Positions 8,693 through 18,720 of a DNA stretch of 64,000 bases are shown here, piece by piece. Source of the DNA: Deltaproteobacteria bacterium (GTDB lineage: Bacteria; Myxococcota_A; Polyangia; Fen-1088); the NCBI GenBank assembly GCA_033763315.1, contig JANRKS010000001.1, positions 96,001-160,000 of the forward strand. The letters run 5' to 3'. The notes below the pieces were generated by a model, which was given only the letters and a program-made list of their open reading frames with translations, was not told the origin of the DNA and searched no databases. Both the position numbers and the translations under genes were made by a program. Position 1 is the first letter of the stretch. Each line of letters begins with the position of its first letter.

Positions 8693-11056
8693 CTACGGGC
8701 GCTTGATCCACCGGGGGGCGCCCATTGTCAGGAAAAGGAGAACCAAGCCGGCGGCCGCGCTGGCCCACACACCCTCAATCATTTCTGGCGCGTTGAACTG
8801 CATCGTGACGGTGTGTGTACCCGCGGGTAGGGCGACGGCTCGCATCACAAGGTTGGCCTGAAGGACGGGCGTTGGCTCTCCATCGATCGTCGCCGTCCAA
8901 CCTTTATGAAACTGCTCGACGAAGACGGCAAAGCCATCCCGGGGCGCAGAACAGGTGGCACTAAGGCTGTTTGTGCTGAAGCGGTCCACCCGGCAGGCGT
9001 GCGCCGGCTCTGGTGAGGACGGTACGAGGGCATCTTTGCGTGCTGGTGAAAGCCATACCCTTTCACCACGAAGCACGTCCTCATCAAAGATGTGTTCCCG
9101 AGCTTGAGCCGGATTGTCGTAAGTCGCTGCAAATGCGACATACGCACGCGGAAGAACGTTGTCTATTTTGTAAAGCCGCGCCAGGGGCGTCGGCTCGGCC
9201 ACGACAATGAGTTTCGCGCTCTTGGCGAGTTCATCCCATTGGGGCAAACGTGGGGCAAGCAGGTAGTCGCATGAAAGCAACCTTTGCTTTGCAACCACTT
9301 GTCGGCGTCCTCGCTCCGACAGGTCCACAAATGTGGCAGGTACGGCGGCGTCGTAGCCGGCCACAGACGAGACGCCGAACACAGTCGAGGTATTGTCGGC
9401 CAACGTTTGTGTCGATTGAAACTCCACGTCCGCTGCCTCGCGAGCGCCCATTCGCAGGGCAAACAAAGGTTCAAGTTGCTTCGACCGAAACAGCCGAGGG
9501 TGGCCCGCGCCGTGGTTGCGCGCGTAATCGTCCGAGATGATGGTTGCGAGGGCAGGTTTGGTGTTCAAAATTTCGGGAGGCGCAAACCGTTGGATGGGCC
9601 AAACGGCCACGGCCAGGTCAATGGTCAACAGCGTCATGATGGCGGCCCTCAGCAGCTGTGGCCGGCTGTGAAGCGCCCAAATCGCCGTAGGCATGAGCGC
9701 GAACGCGAGCGCGCCTGACAACACGCCGGGACGAAAGTACTTCACCACGGGCGGTGGCATGAGCCAGGGACAAACCGCGGCCAAGCTCGCAAGCACCAGC
9801 ACAGGCAAGGCGGCGCGAACAAACGTCGGCCGTTGCCGAAGCAGCTCCGTGGCCCCGAGGCAAACAAGAAGCGCCACCGCCGGCACAAAGACAATCAGAT
9901 ACTTTTCTGGATAACGAAGGAAAGCAAAAGGTGGCACGGCGCTGCGGAAGAGCTGGTGCAGTGGCGTAAACCTGCCCATGGCTATCATGAGGGTGAGGAT
10001 CGCGCAGACGCCCAAGGCGCCCGCCAAACGTCGACGGCGGCCGAAAGCAAACAACGCCAAACTAAGCGCCCCCGCTCCTGCGTATGCGCTATCGGTCAAA
10101 GGCCGATTGGATAGCAACTCATCACCCACCACCAATTCGCCAGGGTAGTCGTCGAAGGGATCGCCGAAGACGCCGGGGGACGCCAACTCGACCAGGCGCC
10201 AAGGGTGAAAGGAGCCGACCTCGGCCACCTCACGTGGAAGCCGCGCACCGCGAGGTGTGTCGCTTGAACCAGAAATCGCGGGCCATAGCGTGGCTGCGCC
10301 GCCTGCCACTCCCAACAACAACGCACACGCCATCGCCACACCACGAACCACGAACGCTTTGCCGCTGCGTCGATTGAACTCAACGTGTTCTCTTGGGGCG
10401 GCGGTGCTTTGCATCCGAAGGGCCACGCAGACCGCCAAGCCGAATCCGACGGCCATCATTGAAACGAAAACCTCACCGAGGCACAGCGACATCATCAGCG
10501 GCCACGCAGCGTTCGCGACGAGCCTTGCCGAAGGCTTGGGGCTTTGTGCAAGGCCTACCATCCCATGCGCGCACCACGGAACCCAGGCGGCCGCGTTCAA
10601 CAAAACGCCGGCCGTCCACCACGACGTTGTGGAGCCACAAAGCGCCCACGTCAGCGCGCCCAGCGCTGCCGCAAAGGGTGAAACGCCGCATCGACGGGCG
10701 AGGCACAACATGCCCAGGGCGCCCCAAATCAAGTGAAGGAAGCCCACAACGGTCGTTGCGGTGACTGTGGAACCGAGCAAATACAGCCAATTTCCTGGAT
10801 AGAATAAGCCGTACAGCGGGTCGCTCCCCACGGCGAACCCCAGCCCGACTTCAGGGTTCCACAAGGGAAACTCGCCGTGAAGCAACGTTCGCTTAACGAA
10901 GTGGCGGGCGGGGTAAATCCAGCGCGACAGATCGCGGAAAAACAGCACGCGACCCGCAAATATGGGGGCGTACACACAAGAGCAGATGACGACAATGAGG
11001 GCAGCGACGGCGCCCCAAGGGTGGTCTGTTAAGCGCTTCTTCAGGTCGATGAGCAT
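8693..11056 (-). CDS. second YfhO-family membrane glycosyltransferase
   Basis: FFRD...FPLWNPEVGLG..DPLYGLFYPGNW; RYPEKY; EQFHKGWTATIDG..ANLVMRAV..GTHTV; clear paralogue of 4489-6927. Confidence 0.85.
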   Translation of the reverse strand: MLIDLKKRLTDHPWGAVAALIVVICSCVYAPIFAGRVLFFRDLSRWIYPARHFVKRTLLHGEFPLWNPEVGLGFAVGSDPLYGLFYPGNWLYLLGSTVTATTVVGFLHLIWGALGMLCLARRCGVSPFAAALGALTWALCGSTTSWWTAGVLLNAAAWVPWCAHGMVGLAQSPKPSARLVANAAWPLMMSLCLGEVFVSMMAVGFGLAVCVALRMQSTAAPREHVEFNRRSGKAFVVRGVAMACALLLGVAGGAATLWPAISGSSDTPRGARLPREVAEVGSFHPWRLVELASPGVFGDPFDDYPGELVVGDELLSNRPLTDSAYAGAGALSLALFAFGRRRRLAGALGVCAILTLMIAMGRFTPLHQLFRSAVPPFAFLRYPEKYLIVFVPAVALLVCLGATELLRQRPTFVRAALPVLVLASLAAVCPWLMPPPVVKYFRPGVLSGALAFALMPTAIWALHSRPQLLRAAIMTLLTIDLAVAVWPIQRFAPPEILNTKPALATIISDDYARNHGAGHPRLFRSKQLEPLFALRMGAREAADVEFQSTQTLADNTSTVFGVSSVAGYDAAVPATFVDLSERGRRQVVAKQRLLSCDYLLAPRLPQWDELAKSAKLIVVAEPTPLARLYKIDNVLPRAYVAFAATYDNPAQAREHIFDEDVLRGERVWLSPARKDALVPSSPEPAHACRVDRFSTNSLSATCSAPRDGFAVFVEQFHKGWTATIDGEPTPVLQANLVMRAVALPAGTHTVTMQFNAPEMIEGVWASAAAGLVLLFLTMGAPRWIKRP

Positions 11057-11231
11057 CGCTGGCGTACGTGAGCACAATACGTCGCTCCGATGCGCGCGGT
11101 CGAATACTCAGGTGAGAAGCGTGCACAGAGGCGCGAGCTAAGGGTGGGCGAAGGTGGGCTGAAGATAATGCGGTTGACGGCGCTGTGCTGCGGCGAGGGC
11201 AATTGATATAGTGCGCGCCGGAGGCAGCCCA

Positions 11232-12029
11232 GTGGCGAAAATATCTCGAATTGCTTTGGTCAGCGTGATTTCAACCTTGCCGGTCTCTCCGGTTGTGGCG
11301 CAAGAGGCAGGGGCGCCCACGCCCACCGCCGAGGCGGCCGCGGCGCCTCCACCGGCGGCGTATGGGCAGCAGTTTGGTCTTTCGATGCGCGGGCGTTATG
11401 TCACCGTGCCCAGTTGGTTTCTTGGTTTGTTCTCTAAAGAGAATTCCCCGCTGCACACCGCAGGCTTTCTCATCGAAGGCTTCCGTCGCAAAGACAACTT
11501 CGACATCGCTGTGGGCCTTGGCTACCAGAACATGTCGCCGCCCGACGGCAACTGGTTGGGCCGTGGCAAGGATCCGGCCGCCGATACCGACTTTGTGCAA
11601 GTTAAAGGTATGAGCCTCATCAGCTTAGATGTGAATTTCACGTGGAATGCGTGGGTAAACGAGTACCTGGGCTTTTATTACGGCGCGGGCTTGGGCTTGG
11701 GCATCCTGACGGGCAAGGTGCTGCGCACGTCGGCCGCCAACTGCAATTCTTCCAACGTGGGCGATGAAACCCAGTGCAAGCCGAAGGTGTGTCAGGGCAC
11801 CACGTGCACCGAAGCTGAACTAGCCGCGTCCGAAGGTGGCCGCGACAACGGCCCAGATAATCCTCACCGCTTCAAAGAAGGATCGATCCCCGGCGCTTTG
11901 CCGATCGTGAATTTGATGGCGGGCGTGAACCTGCGCTTTCCCGAAGCGCCGGGGCTTGAACTGCGCTTGCTTGAAGGCGGTTTTCACAACGCCTTCTTCT
12001 TGGGTTCAAGCGTCGCCTACTTGTTCTAA
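11232..12029 (+). CDS. secreted, probable outer-membrane beta-barrel protein
   Basis: Signal peptide; amphipathic strands (FYYGAGLGLG); terminal AYLF; 4-Cys loop; GGAGG SD. Confidence 0.65.
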   Translation: MAKISRIALVSVISTLPVSPVVAQEAGAPTPTAEAAAAPPPAAYGQQFGLSMRGRYVTVPSWFLGLFSKENSPLHTAGFLIEGFRRKDNFDIAVGLGYQNMSPPDGNWLGRGKDPAADTDFVQVKGMSLISLDVNFTWNAWVNEYLGFYYGAGLGLGILTGKVLRTSAANCNSSNVGDETQCKPKVCQGTTCTEAELAASEGGRDNGPDNPHRFKEGSIPGALPIVNLMAGVNLRFPEAPGLELRLLEGGFHNAFFLGSSVAYLF

Positions 12030-12165
12030 GCCAAGCCAACGTCTGCCCCTTGCCGAGCCCCTCTATCGACAGGGGGCTTGTCTGCGTTTGCGCGCGCGCT
12101 ACACTCTGAACGTAGGTTCAGTTTTTGAATCCGTCAGTCGATCTGTTGGTCAAAGGAGTGATCCC

Positions 12166-12633
12166 ATGGCCCGCGCGGCAACCGTTCAAATGACTTTTCC
12201 GCGGTTTGAGTCACCAGGGGTTGGTACCCAGGGCGCCCCGTCTGTGCAACCAAGCAATCCGGTGGCGCAGGGACCCCCATTTCGCGCGAAGGCTCGCCCT
12301 TCGCCCCGCTCACCAACCAGCACAAACGCAAGGGCCAATGATGTGGATGAACGCGACGATGAGTTAGAAAAGGCGCGCCACGCCTTAGAGAAGATGAAGG
12401 AGAAGAAGCGGGTCAAGGCACTCAAGATGGAGCTGGCGCTCGCTGAATCGGAAAAGCAAACCGAGTCTTTGCTGGCGGAGCAGGAACAGGCGCATGAACG
12501 TGTTGAACACGACGCGCAATTGGAAGAGTTGCTTCGCCTCCGCAAAGCCGGTGTGCCCGTGCAAGAGGCGCTGGCGCGCATCGAAGGCAATCGCAAGCCC
12601 GCCAAAGCTGTAAATAACCGCGACATCGATTAG
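12166..12633 (+). CDS. hypothetical coiled-coil protein
   Basis: AAGGAG SD; E/K/L-rich helical C-half. Confidence 0.6.
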   Translation: MARAATVQMTFPRFESPGVGTQGAPSVQPSNPVAQGPPFRAKARPSPRSPTSTNARANDVDERDDELEKARHALEKMKEKKRVKALKMELALAESEKQTESLLAEQEQAHERVEHDAQLEELLRLRKAGVPVQEALARIEGNRKPAKAVNNRDID

Positions 12634-12642
12634 TCTGCGCCC

Positions 12643-13536
12643 ATGTCCAAACGCCATGCCGGCCGCACGCGCCCGGCGTCTGCGCAAACTGACATCCGCT
12701 TAGAGGTCGCCGCGCACGAGCGTGAGGCCAACGCCGCTGGCCGCGCGCATTGGGATCTTTACAGTGAACACCGCGCGCAAGTGACGCGCTTGATTGTAAG
12801 CCGAAGCGCCGCCGTGAAGGACGCCCGCGTGGCCTTGCTGGGCGCTGGCAATTGCAACGATGTGGATCTGCAACAGATCCTCCCTCACGTGGCGCAGGTT
12901 CACTTGGTGGACATTGACATGCAGGCGATCAATGGGGCGCGTGCACGGTTGAACGAAACACAACGGGCACAAGTGAAGCTGCATGCGCCAGTGGACCTCA
13001 GCGGCCTGCTGGCCACGTGGCAGCAGGCGCGCCCGCTCCTGCCGGCTTTTGCTGAGGTGGACGCGTGGGCCGCGCAGGGCGCCACGTCTGTTGCGGCCGC
13101 CGTGCCCGAGTTCTTCGATTTGGTTGTCTCGTGCTGCGTGCTCACCCAAATGTCGTGGGGTCTGCGCCAAAGCTTAGGGCCCGATCATCCACTGCAAATG
13201 CAGGCACGCGAGGCCTTGGTGGCAGCACATTTGCGGTCACTGGCGGCGCTGGCGCCCACGGGCAAAGCCCTGCTGGTGAGCGACATGATCTCAACCGAAT
13301 ACCATCCGCTCGACGATTTGCCTGCCGGCACCAATTTGCAAGCGTTGATGGATCGGTTGGTGGCCGAACAGAACTTCTACCAAGGCGCCAACCCGCCGCT
13401 CGTGCGGCGCTTGCTGCGTCGGGATCCGTGGCTGGCGCCGCGGGTAAAGCAGCAAACGTGGCTGCCGCCGTGGTTGTGGCACGGTCCGCAAGACCGCACT
13501 TATCTCGTTTACGCGCTTGAGTTGACGTTCGCTTAG
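12643..13536 (+). CDS. SAM-dependent methyltransferase-like protein
   Basis: VALLGAGNCND, HLVDID, FDLVVS motifs. Confidence 0.65.
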   Translation: MSKRHAGRTRPASAQTDIRLEVAAHEREANAAGRAHWDLYSEHRAQVTRLIVSRSAAVKDARVALLGAGNCNDVDLQQILPHVAQVHLVDIDMQAINGARARLNETQRAQVKLHAPVDLSGLLATWQQARPLLPAFAEVDAWAAQGATSVAAAVPEFFDLVVSCCVLTQMSWGLRQSLGPDHPLQMQAREALVAAHLRSLAALAPTGKALLVSDMISTEYHPLDDLPAGTNLQALMDRLVAEQNFYQGANPPLVRRLLRRDPWLAPRVKQQTWLPPWLWHGPQDRTYLVYALELTFA

Positions 13537-15875
13537 CGGCGCGTGCGTTTGCGTGCGGTGCGGGCCACCAACGCCACGGCGAACAGCAGCCCAAAGGCCC
13601 AGCCGCGCGGTGAGCCACCCGCGATCGACTCAGGCTGCAAGAAGCAGCCGCCGCCCGGACTGCTGTCGCACGCATCGCCCTTGCCATCGTTGTCGCGATC
13701 GCGTTGGCGCGAGTTTGTGAGTGTGGGGCAGTTGTCGCACAGGTTTGCGGTTCCGTCTTGATCGAAGTCTTCACACGCATCGCCCACACCGTTGCCATCA
13801 GCGTCTTCTTGCGAAGGGTTGTATTCCTTGGGGCAGTTGTCTTCGGTGTTGATGAACCCATCGGGTTTCGGTGTGCCATCACAGCTTATGTCTGTGTCGC
13901 CGAGATCCTCCACTTTGACGTGCGCAAACCGAATGAACTCGATGTCCACGTCAAACGCTTGCGCTGTCGACGGCACAAAAGAGAATCCCGTGAAGTCACG
14001 GTTGATGAATTCGGGCACTTTGGAAAGATCTGCCGAATACGTGTGAAACTTGCCGTCCGGGATCAAGAAGCTTGCCGGGTCTGAAGGCACGCGAATGGCG
14101 GGACCATTGGCCAGTTGCAAAATCGCGGCGCTGTTCGCGGCCTCTCCGGCGGGTAAGCGCAATCGCACCGCGAACGAATTGATGGCACCCGGATGATTCT
14201 GATCACCTTTGATGCGAATGGGCGGCTGGTTTGCGTGTGGCGTGAACACCAACGCGCCGTCTGCGCCAGGCGTTTGCACCACGCGCGCAAACGTGGTGAT
14301 GATCGGCGAGCCGGGCGTAGGCAAAGGCCCGGGAAACTGCACGGCCATGTTTGGCGTTGGCACAAACGTCTGTTGGTCATCGCTGGGTTGGCCGAATTCC
14401 CAATACGCGGAATCGTCTTCCAAAGTGTCTGCGGTGGTGACCATGCGACCTCGGTAGCTGGTCAGCATGTAGTAATACGCATTCCACGCGCGTCGCCAGC
14501 GCAGCATGTAATTGATTTGCTGCTGTGTTTTTTCAGGATCATTCGGCTTCGTGACCACCACCCACAACATGCGATGCACGTGTGACGCCTCGGCAAAGTT
14601 CGGGCTGCGTTCGCCCTCGGCCGCCACCAAGGCGCGCACGGGATCCAATTGACGATCGCTTTCCGTAAACGGAGGCGCGCCGGGGCTGGGTGCGCCTTTG
14701 ACCAGGATCGGCACCGATGGCAGTTGGCCAAACGATTCGGCGATCCCTGCGAATGAACGACGATAGATTTCGATCAGTTTATCGTTTTGGACCTCGATGC
14801 TCGACAGGTTCGAGTAGTCCGTGATCGGCTTCAGTTCGGAAGAGGGCATCAAGCCCATCAGGTAAAGCTCGATGGGATGAAAACGCGAAAGGCTGGTGCC
14901 CTGGAAAGGGGGCGAGGCCAACCAAAACTCACTTGGAAACGTGGTTTCCGCGAGGCCATCGCCATTGAGGCGCCAACGGTTGCCACCCATCAGCGAAGCA
15001 TCGAAGGAGTAAAGCGAATTCCAGATGCGTGCCCCCGCCCCCTCCAGGCTAGGTTTGAAGCTTGGCTTGACCGCCACGCTTGAGCGCCGCGGTGGATCTG
15101 CGGGGGGCGACGCGCCCTTTAGCTCTTCAGCGCGCAAGAAGCGATCGTCGATGCCCCGTTCAATGTAAGGGCCAAATATCTGGCCCACCGCCGCGGCCAA
15201 GGCGGCAAAGCCGTTGGCAAAGCCGCTAAAGCAAATCGCGTCCTCGTCGCACTCTGGGTAAACCTCGCCATACCCTAGGACGCCCGCGGGATCGGGCTCG
15301 GGCCACTTTGTGAGCCCTGCGGGTGGTGGCAGGTCCGGCACGATGAAGTTGCCGAAGTTGGTGGTGCTGCCGCCCGCGATGTAGCCGATGAAAGGGTAGC
15401 TGCCACGCTTGCGCACGCTCAGCCCAATGCCATCCACTTCATTGACGCCGTCGGCACGAAAAAACGCCGGTCCCAAACCGCCACGCGAGCCATCCACTTT
15501 TTTCTCTGCGGGGAAATCAGCGCCAAAGATGCTGAAGGTGTCCCATTGGGTTTTGGCAAACCCTTGGCTTAACAGGCTTTGTGCCACAAGGCGTGCGGCC
15601 GTTGGGTAATTCAGATCGGTGCAAATGGGCTTCTGTTTGCCCGCCACAAGATCAAGCTGGCAACCCTTCGCGATGGTTTCGCGCAGGATTTCGCCACCGG
15701 TGCTTTCCGTTTCGACGATTGTTGACCCGTCCAAAATATAGATCTCATCCCTGAAGCAGTTGACCGTTTTGGTCTCAGTGCACAGCAGTGCTTCGGGCAC
15801 GGCCGCGTGAACCGGCGGCGCGAGGGGCGCCAGGGTGAGCATCGCAACGGGAACCAAAAGCCTTCGCTTAGACAT
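13533..15875 (-). CDS. surface protein with degenerate metallopeptidase-like domain, thrombospondin type-3 repeats and MYXO-CTERM-like anchor
   Basis: Signal peptide; DNCPKEYNPSQEDADGNGVGDAC and DNCPTLTNSRQRDRDNDGKGDAC; GGGC + TM + basic tail. Confidence 0.8.
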   Translation of the reverse strand: MSKRRLLVPVAMLTLAPLAPPVHAAVPEALLCTETKTVNCFRDEIYILDGSTIVETESTGGEILRETIAKGCQLDLVAGKQKPICTDLNYPTAARLVAQSLLSQGFAKTQWDTFSIFGADFPAEKKVDGSRGGLGPAFFRADGVNEVDGIGLSVRKRGSYPFIGYIAGGSTTNFGNFIVPDLPPPAGLTKWPEPDPAGVLGYGEVYPECDEDAICFSGFANGFAALAAAVGQIFGPYIERGIDDRFLRAEELKGASPPADPPRRSSVAVKPSFKPSLEGAGARIWNSLYSFDASLMGGNRWRLNGDGLAETTFPSEFWLASPPFQGTSLSRFHPIELYLMGLMPSSELKPITDYSNLSSIEVQNDKLIEIYRRSFAGIAESFGQLPSVPILVKGAPSPGAPPFTESDRQLDPVRALVAAEGERSPNFAEASHVHRMLWVVVTKPNDPEKTQQQINYMLRWRRAWNAYYYMLTSYRGRMVTTADTLEDDSAYWEFGQPSDDQQTFVPTPNMAVQFPGPLPTPGSPIITTFARVVQTPGADGALVFTPHANQPPIRIKGDQNHPGAINSFAVRLRLPAGEAANSAAILQLANGPAIRVPSDPASFLIPDGKFHTYSADLSKVPEFINRDFTGFSFVPSTAQAFDVDIEFIRFAHVKVEDLGDTDISCDGTPKPDGFINTEDNCPKEYNPSQEDADGNGVGDACEDFDQDGTANLCDNCPTLTNSRQRDRDNDGKGDACDSSPGGGCFLQPESIAGGSPRGWAFGLLFAVALVARTARKRTRR

Positions 15876-16055
15876 TCGCAATCGCCTGGCGGGGTGAAAA
15901 ACGGCGCGGCCTCGCCAACCGACGGGCCGCCCCAACGACGCTAGGCTACCACAACACCCTTGTGGCTCGTGCCTCACAATTGACCGGCGGCGCAGGTCCG
16001 TTTCCCCTGTGGGCGGCTTGCTGTTGCGGCCCACAATCATTATCGTCGCGGGCCC

Positions 16056-18707
16056 ATGCCAAAGCTGCCCAAAGCGCCTGGATCACCCCTGCGTGTGTCG
16101 CGACGAACCCTCTTGGGGGGAGCCGCGCTGGTTGCGGGGGTGGGACAAAGCGCGGAAGCCAAGGGCGCGCCCGCCGTGGTCCCAATCCGCCCGAACGCCG
16201 GTCCCGCGAACAAAGTGCCGCTGACCACGGCGCCGCCTGTGCCGGTGCACGCCAACGCCCACGCGTCGTGGCTTTGGTATCCCTCCGAACGCACATTGCC
16301 CAACACGTTCGTGCTGTTCCGTCGTGTTGTGAAGCTGGCTGCAAAGCCGCGCAGCGCCCCTGTGTGGGTGAGTGCTGACAGCCGCTATCTGTTGACCGTC
16401 AATGGCGTGCGCGTTCACTTTGGTCCTTCGCCCTGTGATCCGCGCGCGCTTGAAGCCGATCCGATCGATCTTGCCCCTTATCTTGAAGCTGGGGAAAACG
16501 TGATTGGGGCAACCGTACTGTTCTACGGCACGGGTGATGGGACGTGGGTGCTGGGCAAGCCTGGCTTTTTGATGATGGGCAACATCGATGGCACCGCGAA
16601 CGGAAGCCTCGACACCGACGACCAATGGTTGTGTCACCTCTGTCAGTCATGGCGGCCGGGGCACGCCAAGCGATCATACTTACGGGCGCTGCAGGAGGAG
16701 TTCGATGCGCGCTTGCATCCGCACGGCTGGGATCGCCGGGGGTTTGTCACCGATGCCAGCTGGCATAAGCCCATGCTGCTGGACGCCCCGCCCACGCGCC
16801 CGCCGTTGACCTCAAGCTACCGCGATGAATTCACGGATGCCGGGGCCAAAGACTTGGATCTGCGCGTTGTGCAGCGAACGATTCCGTTGTTGCTGGAGAC
16901 GCCCGTGGCAGCCACGTTTGTGGAAGCCCATCGTGTGGCATGGCGCGTTCCAGCGTCTGAGTACTTTGATTTTCGCGTGCCCAACGCCTGCACGAACGCG
17001 GGCGATGCGCACGTAAATGTGGCCGCCGGGGGCGTTTCGTTTACGGCGGATGCCAAGTTCGGCGTGGCGCTGACGTATGTGCTGCCCGAGCAGATGGTGG
17101 GCTTTCCGCGCTTGCAGATCACAGCGCCTGCGGGGACCACGGTTGAGGTGATGATTCAAGAGGCGCACGTTCCCAACAGCGTGCCCGTGATGAACACGCA
17201 CCGCCACAGCTGGGCGCGCTTTGTGTGCCGCGAGGGAACGAACGAATTCACACACTTTGATTTCGAGTGTTGCCGCTTCATCCAGCTGCATGTGCATGGC
17301 GCACAAGGAAACGTGAAGGTGCAAGGTGTGGGCCTGTTGCGCCGCACGTACCCGTTCGCGCAAAAGCCGATCGTGCAGGTTGACGATCCAGCGCTGCAGA
17401 AACTGGTGCAGGCGTCGTTCAACATGATCGCCAACAACTCGCAAGAGACGATGGTGGATGGCATGGGGCGCGAGCGCCAACAGTACAGCGGCGACATCGG
17501 CCACGGCGTGATTGCGCTCAATGGTTTGCTCGGTGAATCGCGCTTGCCTGCACGGTTTCTGTCAACCTGGAGCCAAGGCCTCACGCTGGATGGATATTTT
17601 CTTGATTGTTGGCCGGCCACCGACCGCTTGAACCGGCTGGCGCAACGGCAGCTGGGCATCACGCCTTGGGGGCCGTTGCTGGATCACGGCGTGGGCTTCA
17701 TGTTCGATTGCCACAACCATTACATGTACACCGGGCACCTTGATGACGTGATGGTTCCCACGCAACGCTTGTTTCGCTTCTTCGATTACCTGCGCGCGCA
17801 GATCACACCGGAAGGCCTTCTGCCTGTGGAAGATTTGGGCGCGCCGACGGTGTGGATCGATCACGACGCGTTTGTGCAGCAAAAACACAAACAATGTGCC
17901 TACAACCTTTATGTGGTTGCCGCACTTTCGCGCGCGCTGGCACCATTGGCCGTTGCTCTAGGTGAAAGCAAACGCGGCAAAGACATCACGACGTTTGCGC
18001 GGAAACTGCTGAGCGCCACGATCGCCAAGTTCTGGGATCGCAATGCGAAGATCTTCGTGGCGAATTTGCCATGGGCCGCCAGTGAAGGTGCTGCGCGGCT
18101 TGATGATCGTTCACTTGCAACGTCGGTGTTGTTTGATCTGTGCCCACGGCACGAAACACAGGCGGCCACCAAGGCCCTGATCGAGAAGCCGAAGACGATG
18201 GGGCTTTCCTATCCTGCGAACGTCGTGTGGAATGTGTGGGCGCTTGGCGCTGCGGGCCGCGCTGACGCCGTGGTGCAAGAGCTGCGTTCCCGCTGGGTGA
18301 ATTTGCAATCGGTGCGCGAGAACAACACTCTTAGTGAACACTGGGTGGTGCATCCCGACACGCGCGAACAATGGTCGCATGCACCGTTGGCGCCGCTGCT
18401 GGCCTTTCCCATGGTGTTTGCAGGCATACGGCCAACCTCGCCTGGCTTTGCCACGGCCGAGATCGCGCCTCAGCTGGCGGGGTTGCCCAGCTTGCGCGTG
18501 GGTGTGCACACGCCGTTTGGGCCACTGGAGTTGCAAGCCGACGGCGTGGCCGGGCATCGCGGTGTGGCTGTGTCGGTGCCTAAAGGCGTCGAAGCCGTTT
18601 TGGTGGTGTCACCGCACGAGACGCTCAGTTTGGCGAAGGCCGGCGCGGGTCGATACAAGTTGCCCGCCGGCGCGACAACACGCGTGGTGCTGTCGCATGC
18701 CGGCTAG
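16056..18707 (+). CDS. Tat-exported alpha-L-rhamnosidase (GH78-like)
   Basis: SRRTLL Tat motif; VSADSRYLLTVNG N-domain; DGMGRERQQYSGD; TLSEHW...WSHA. Confidence 0.85.
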   Translation: MPKLPKAPGSPLRVSRRTLLGGAALVAGVGQSAEAKGAPAVVPIRPNAGPANKVPLTTAPPVPVHANAHASWLWYPSERTLPNTFVLFRRVVKLAAKPRSAPVWVSADSRYLLTVNGVRVHFGPSPCDPRALEADPIDLAPYLEAGENVIGATVLFYGTGDGTWVLGKPGFLMMGNIDGTANGSLDTDDQWLCHLCQSWRPGHAKRSYLRALQEEFDARLHPHGWDRRGFVTDASWHKPMLLDAPPTRPPLTSSYRDEFTDAGAKDLDLRVVQRTIPLLLETPVAATFVEAHRVAWRVPASEYFDFRVPNACTNAGDAHVNVAAGGVSFTADAKFGVALTYVLPEQMVGFPRLQITAPAGTTVEVMIQEAHVPNSVPVMNTHRHSWARFVCREGTNEFTHFDFECCRFIQLHVHGAQGNVKVQGVGLLRRTYPFAQKPIVQVDDPALQKLVQASFNMIANNSQETMVDGMGRERQQYSGDIGHGVIALNGLLGESRLPARFLSTWSQGLTLDGYFLDCWPATDRLNRLAQRQLGITPWGPLLDHGVGFMFDCHNHYMYTGHLDDVMVPTQRLFRFFDYLRAQITPEGLLPVEDLGAPTVWIDHDAFVQQKHKQCAYNLYVVAALSRALAPLAVALGESKRGKDITTFARKLLSATIAKFWDRNAKIFVANLPWAASEGAARLDDRSLATSVLFDLCPRHETQAATKALIEKPKTMGLSYPANVVWNVWALGAAGRADAVVQELRSRWVNLQSVRENNTLSEHWVVHPDTREQWSHAPLAPLLAFPMVFAGIRPTSPGFATAEIAPQLAGLPSLRVGVHTPFGPLELQADGVAGHRGVAVSVPKGVEAVLVVSPHETLSLAKAGAGRYKLPAGATTRVVLSHAG

Positions 18708-18720
18708 GCGCTGAACAACG

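Noticed and set aside
12056-12079. GC hairpin after the OM protein gene
   Set aside because: Short, bulged and lacks a U-tract; too weak to call a terminator
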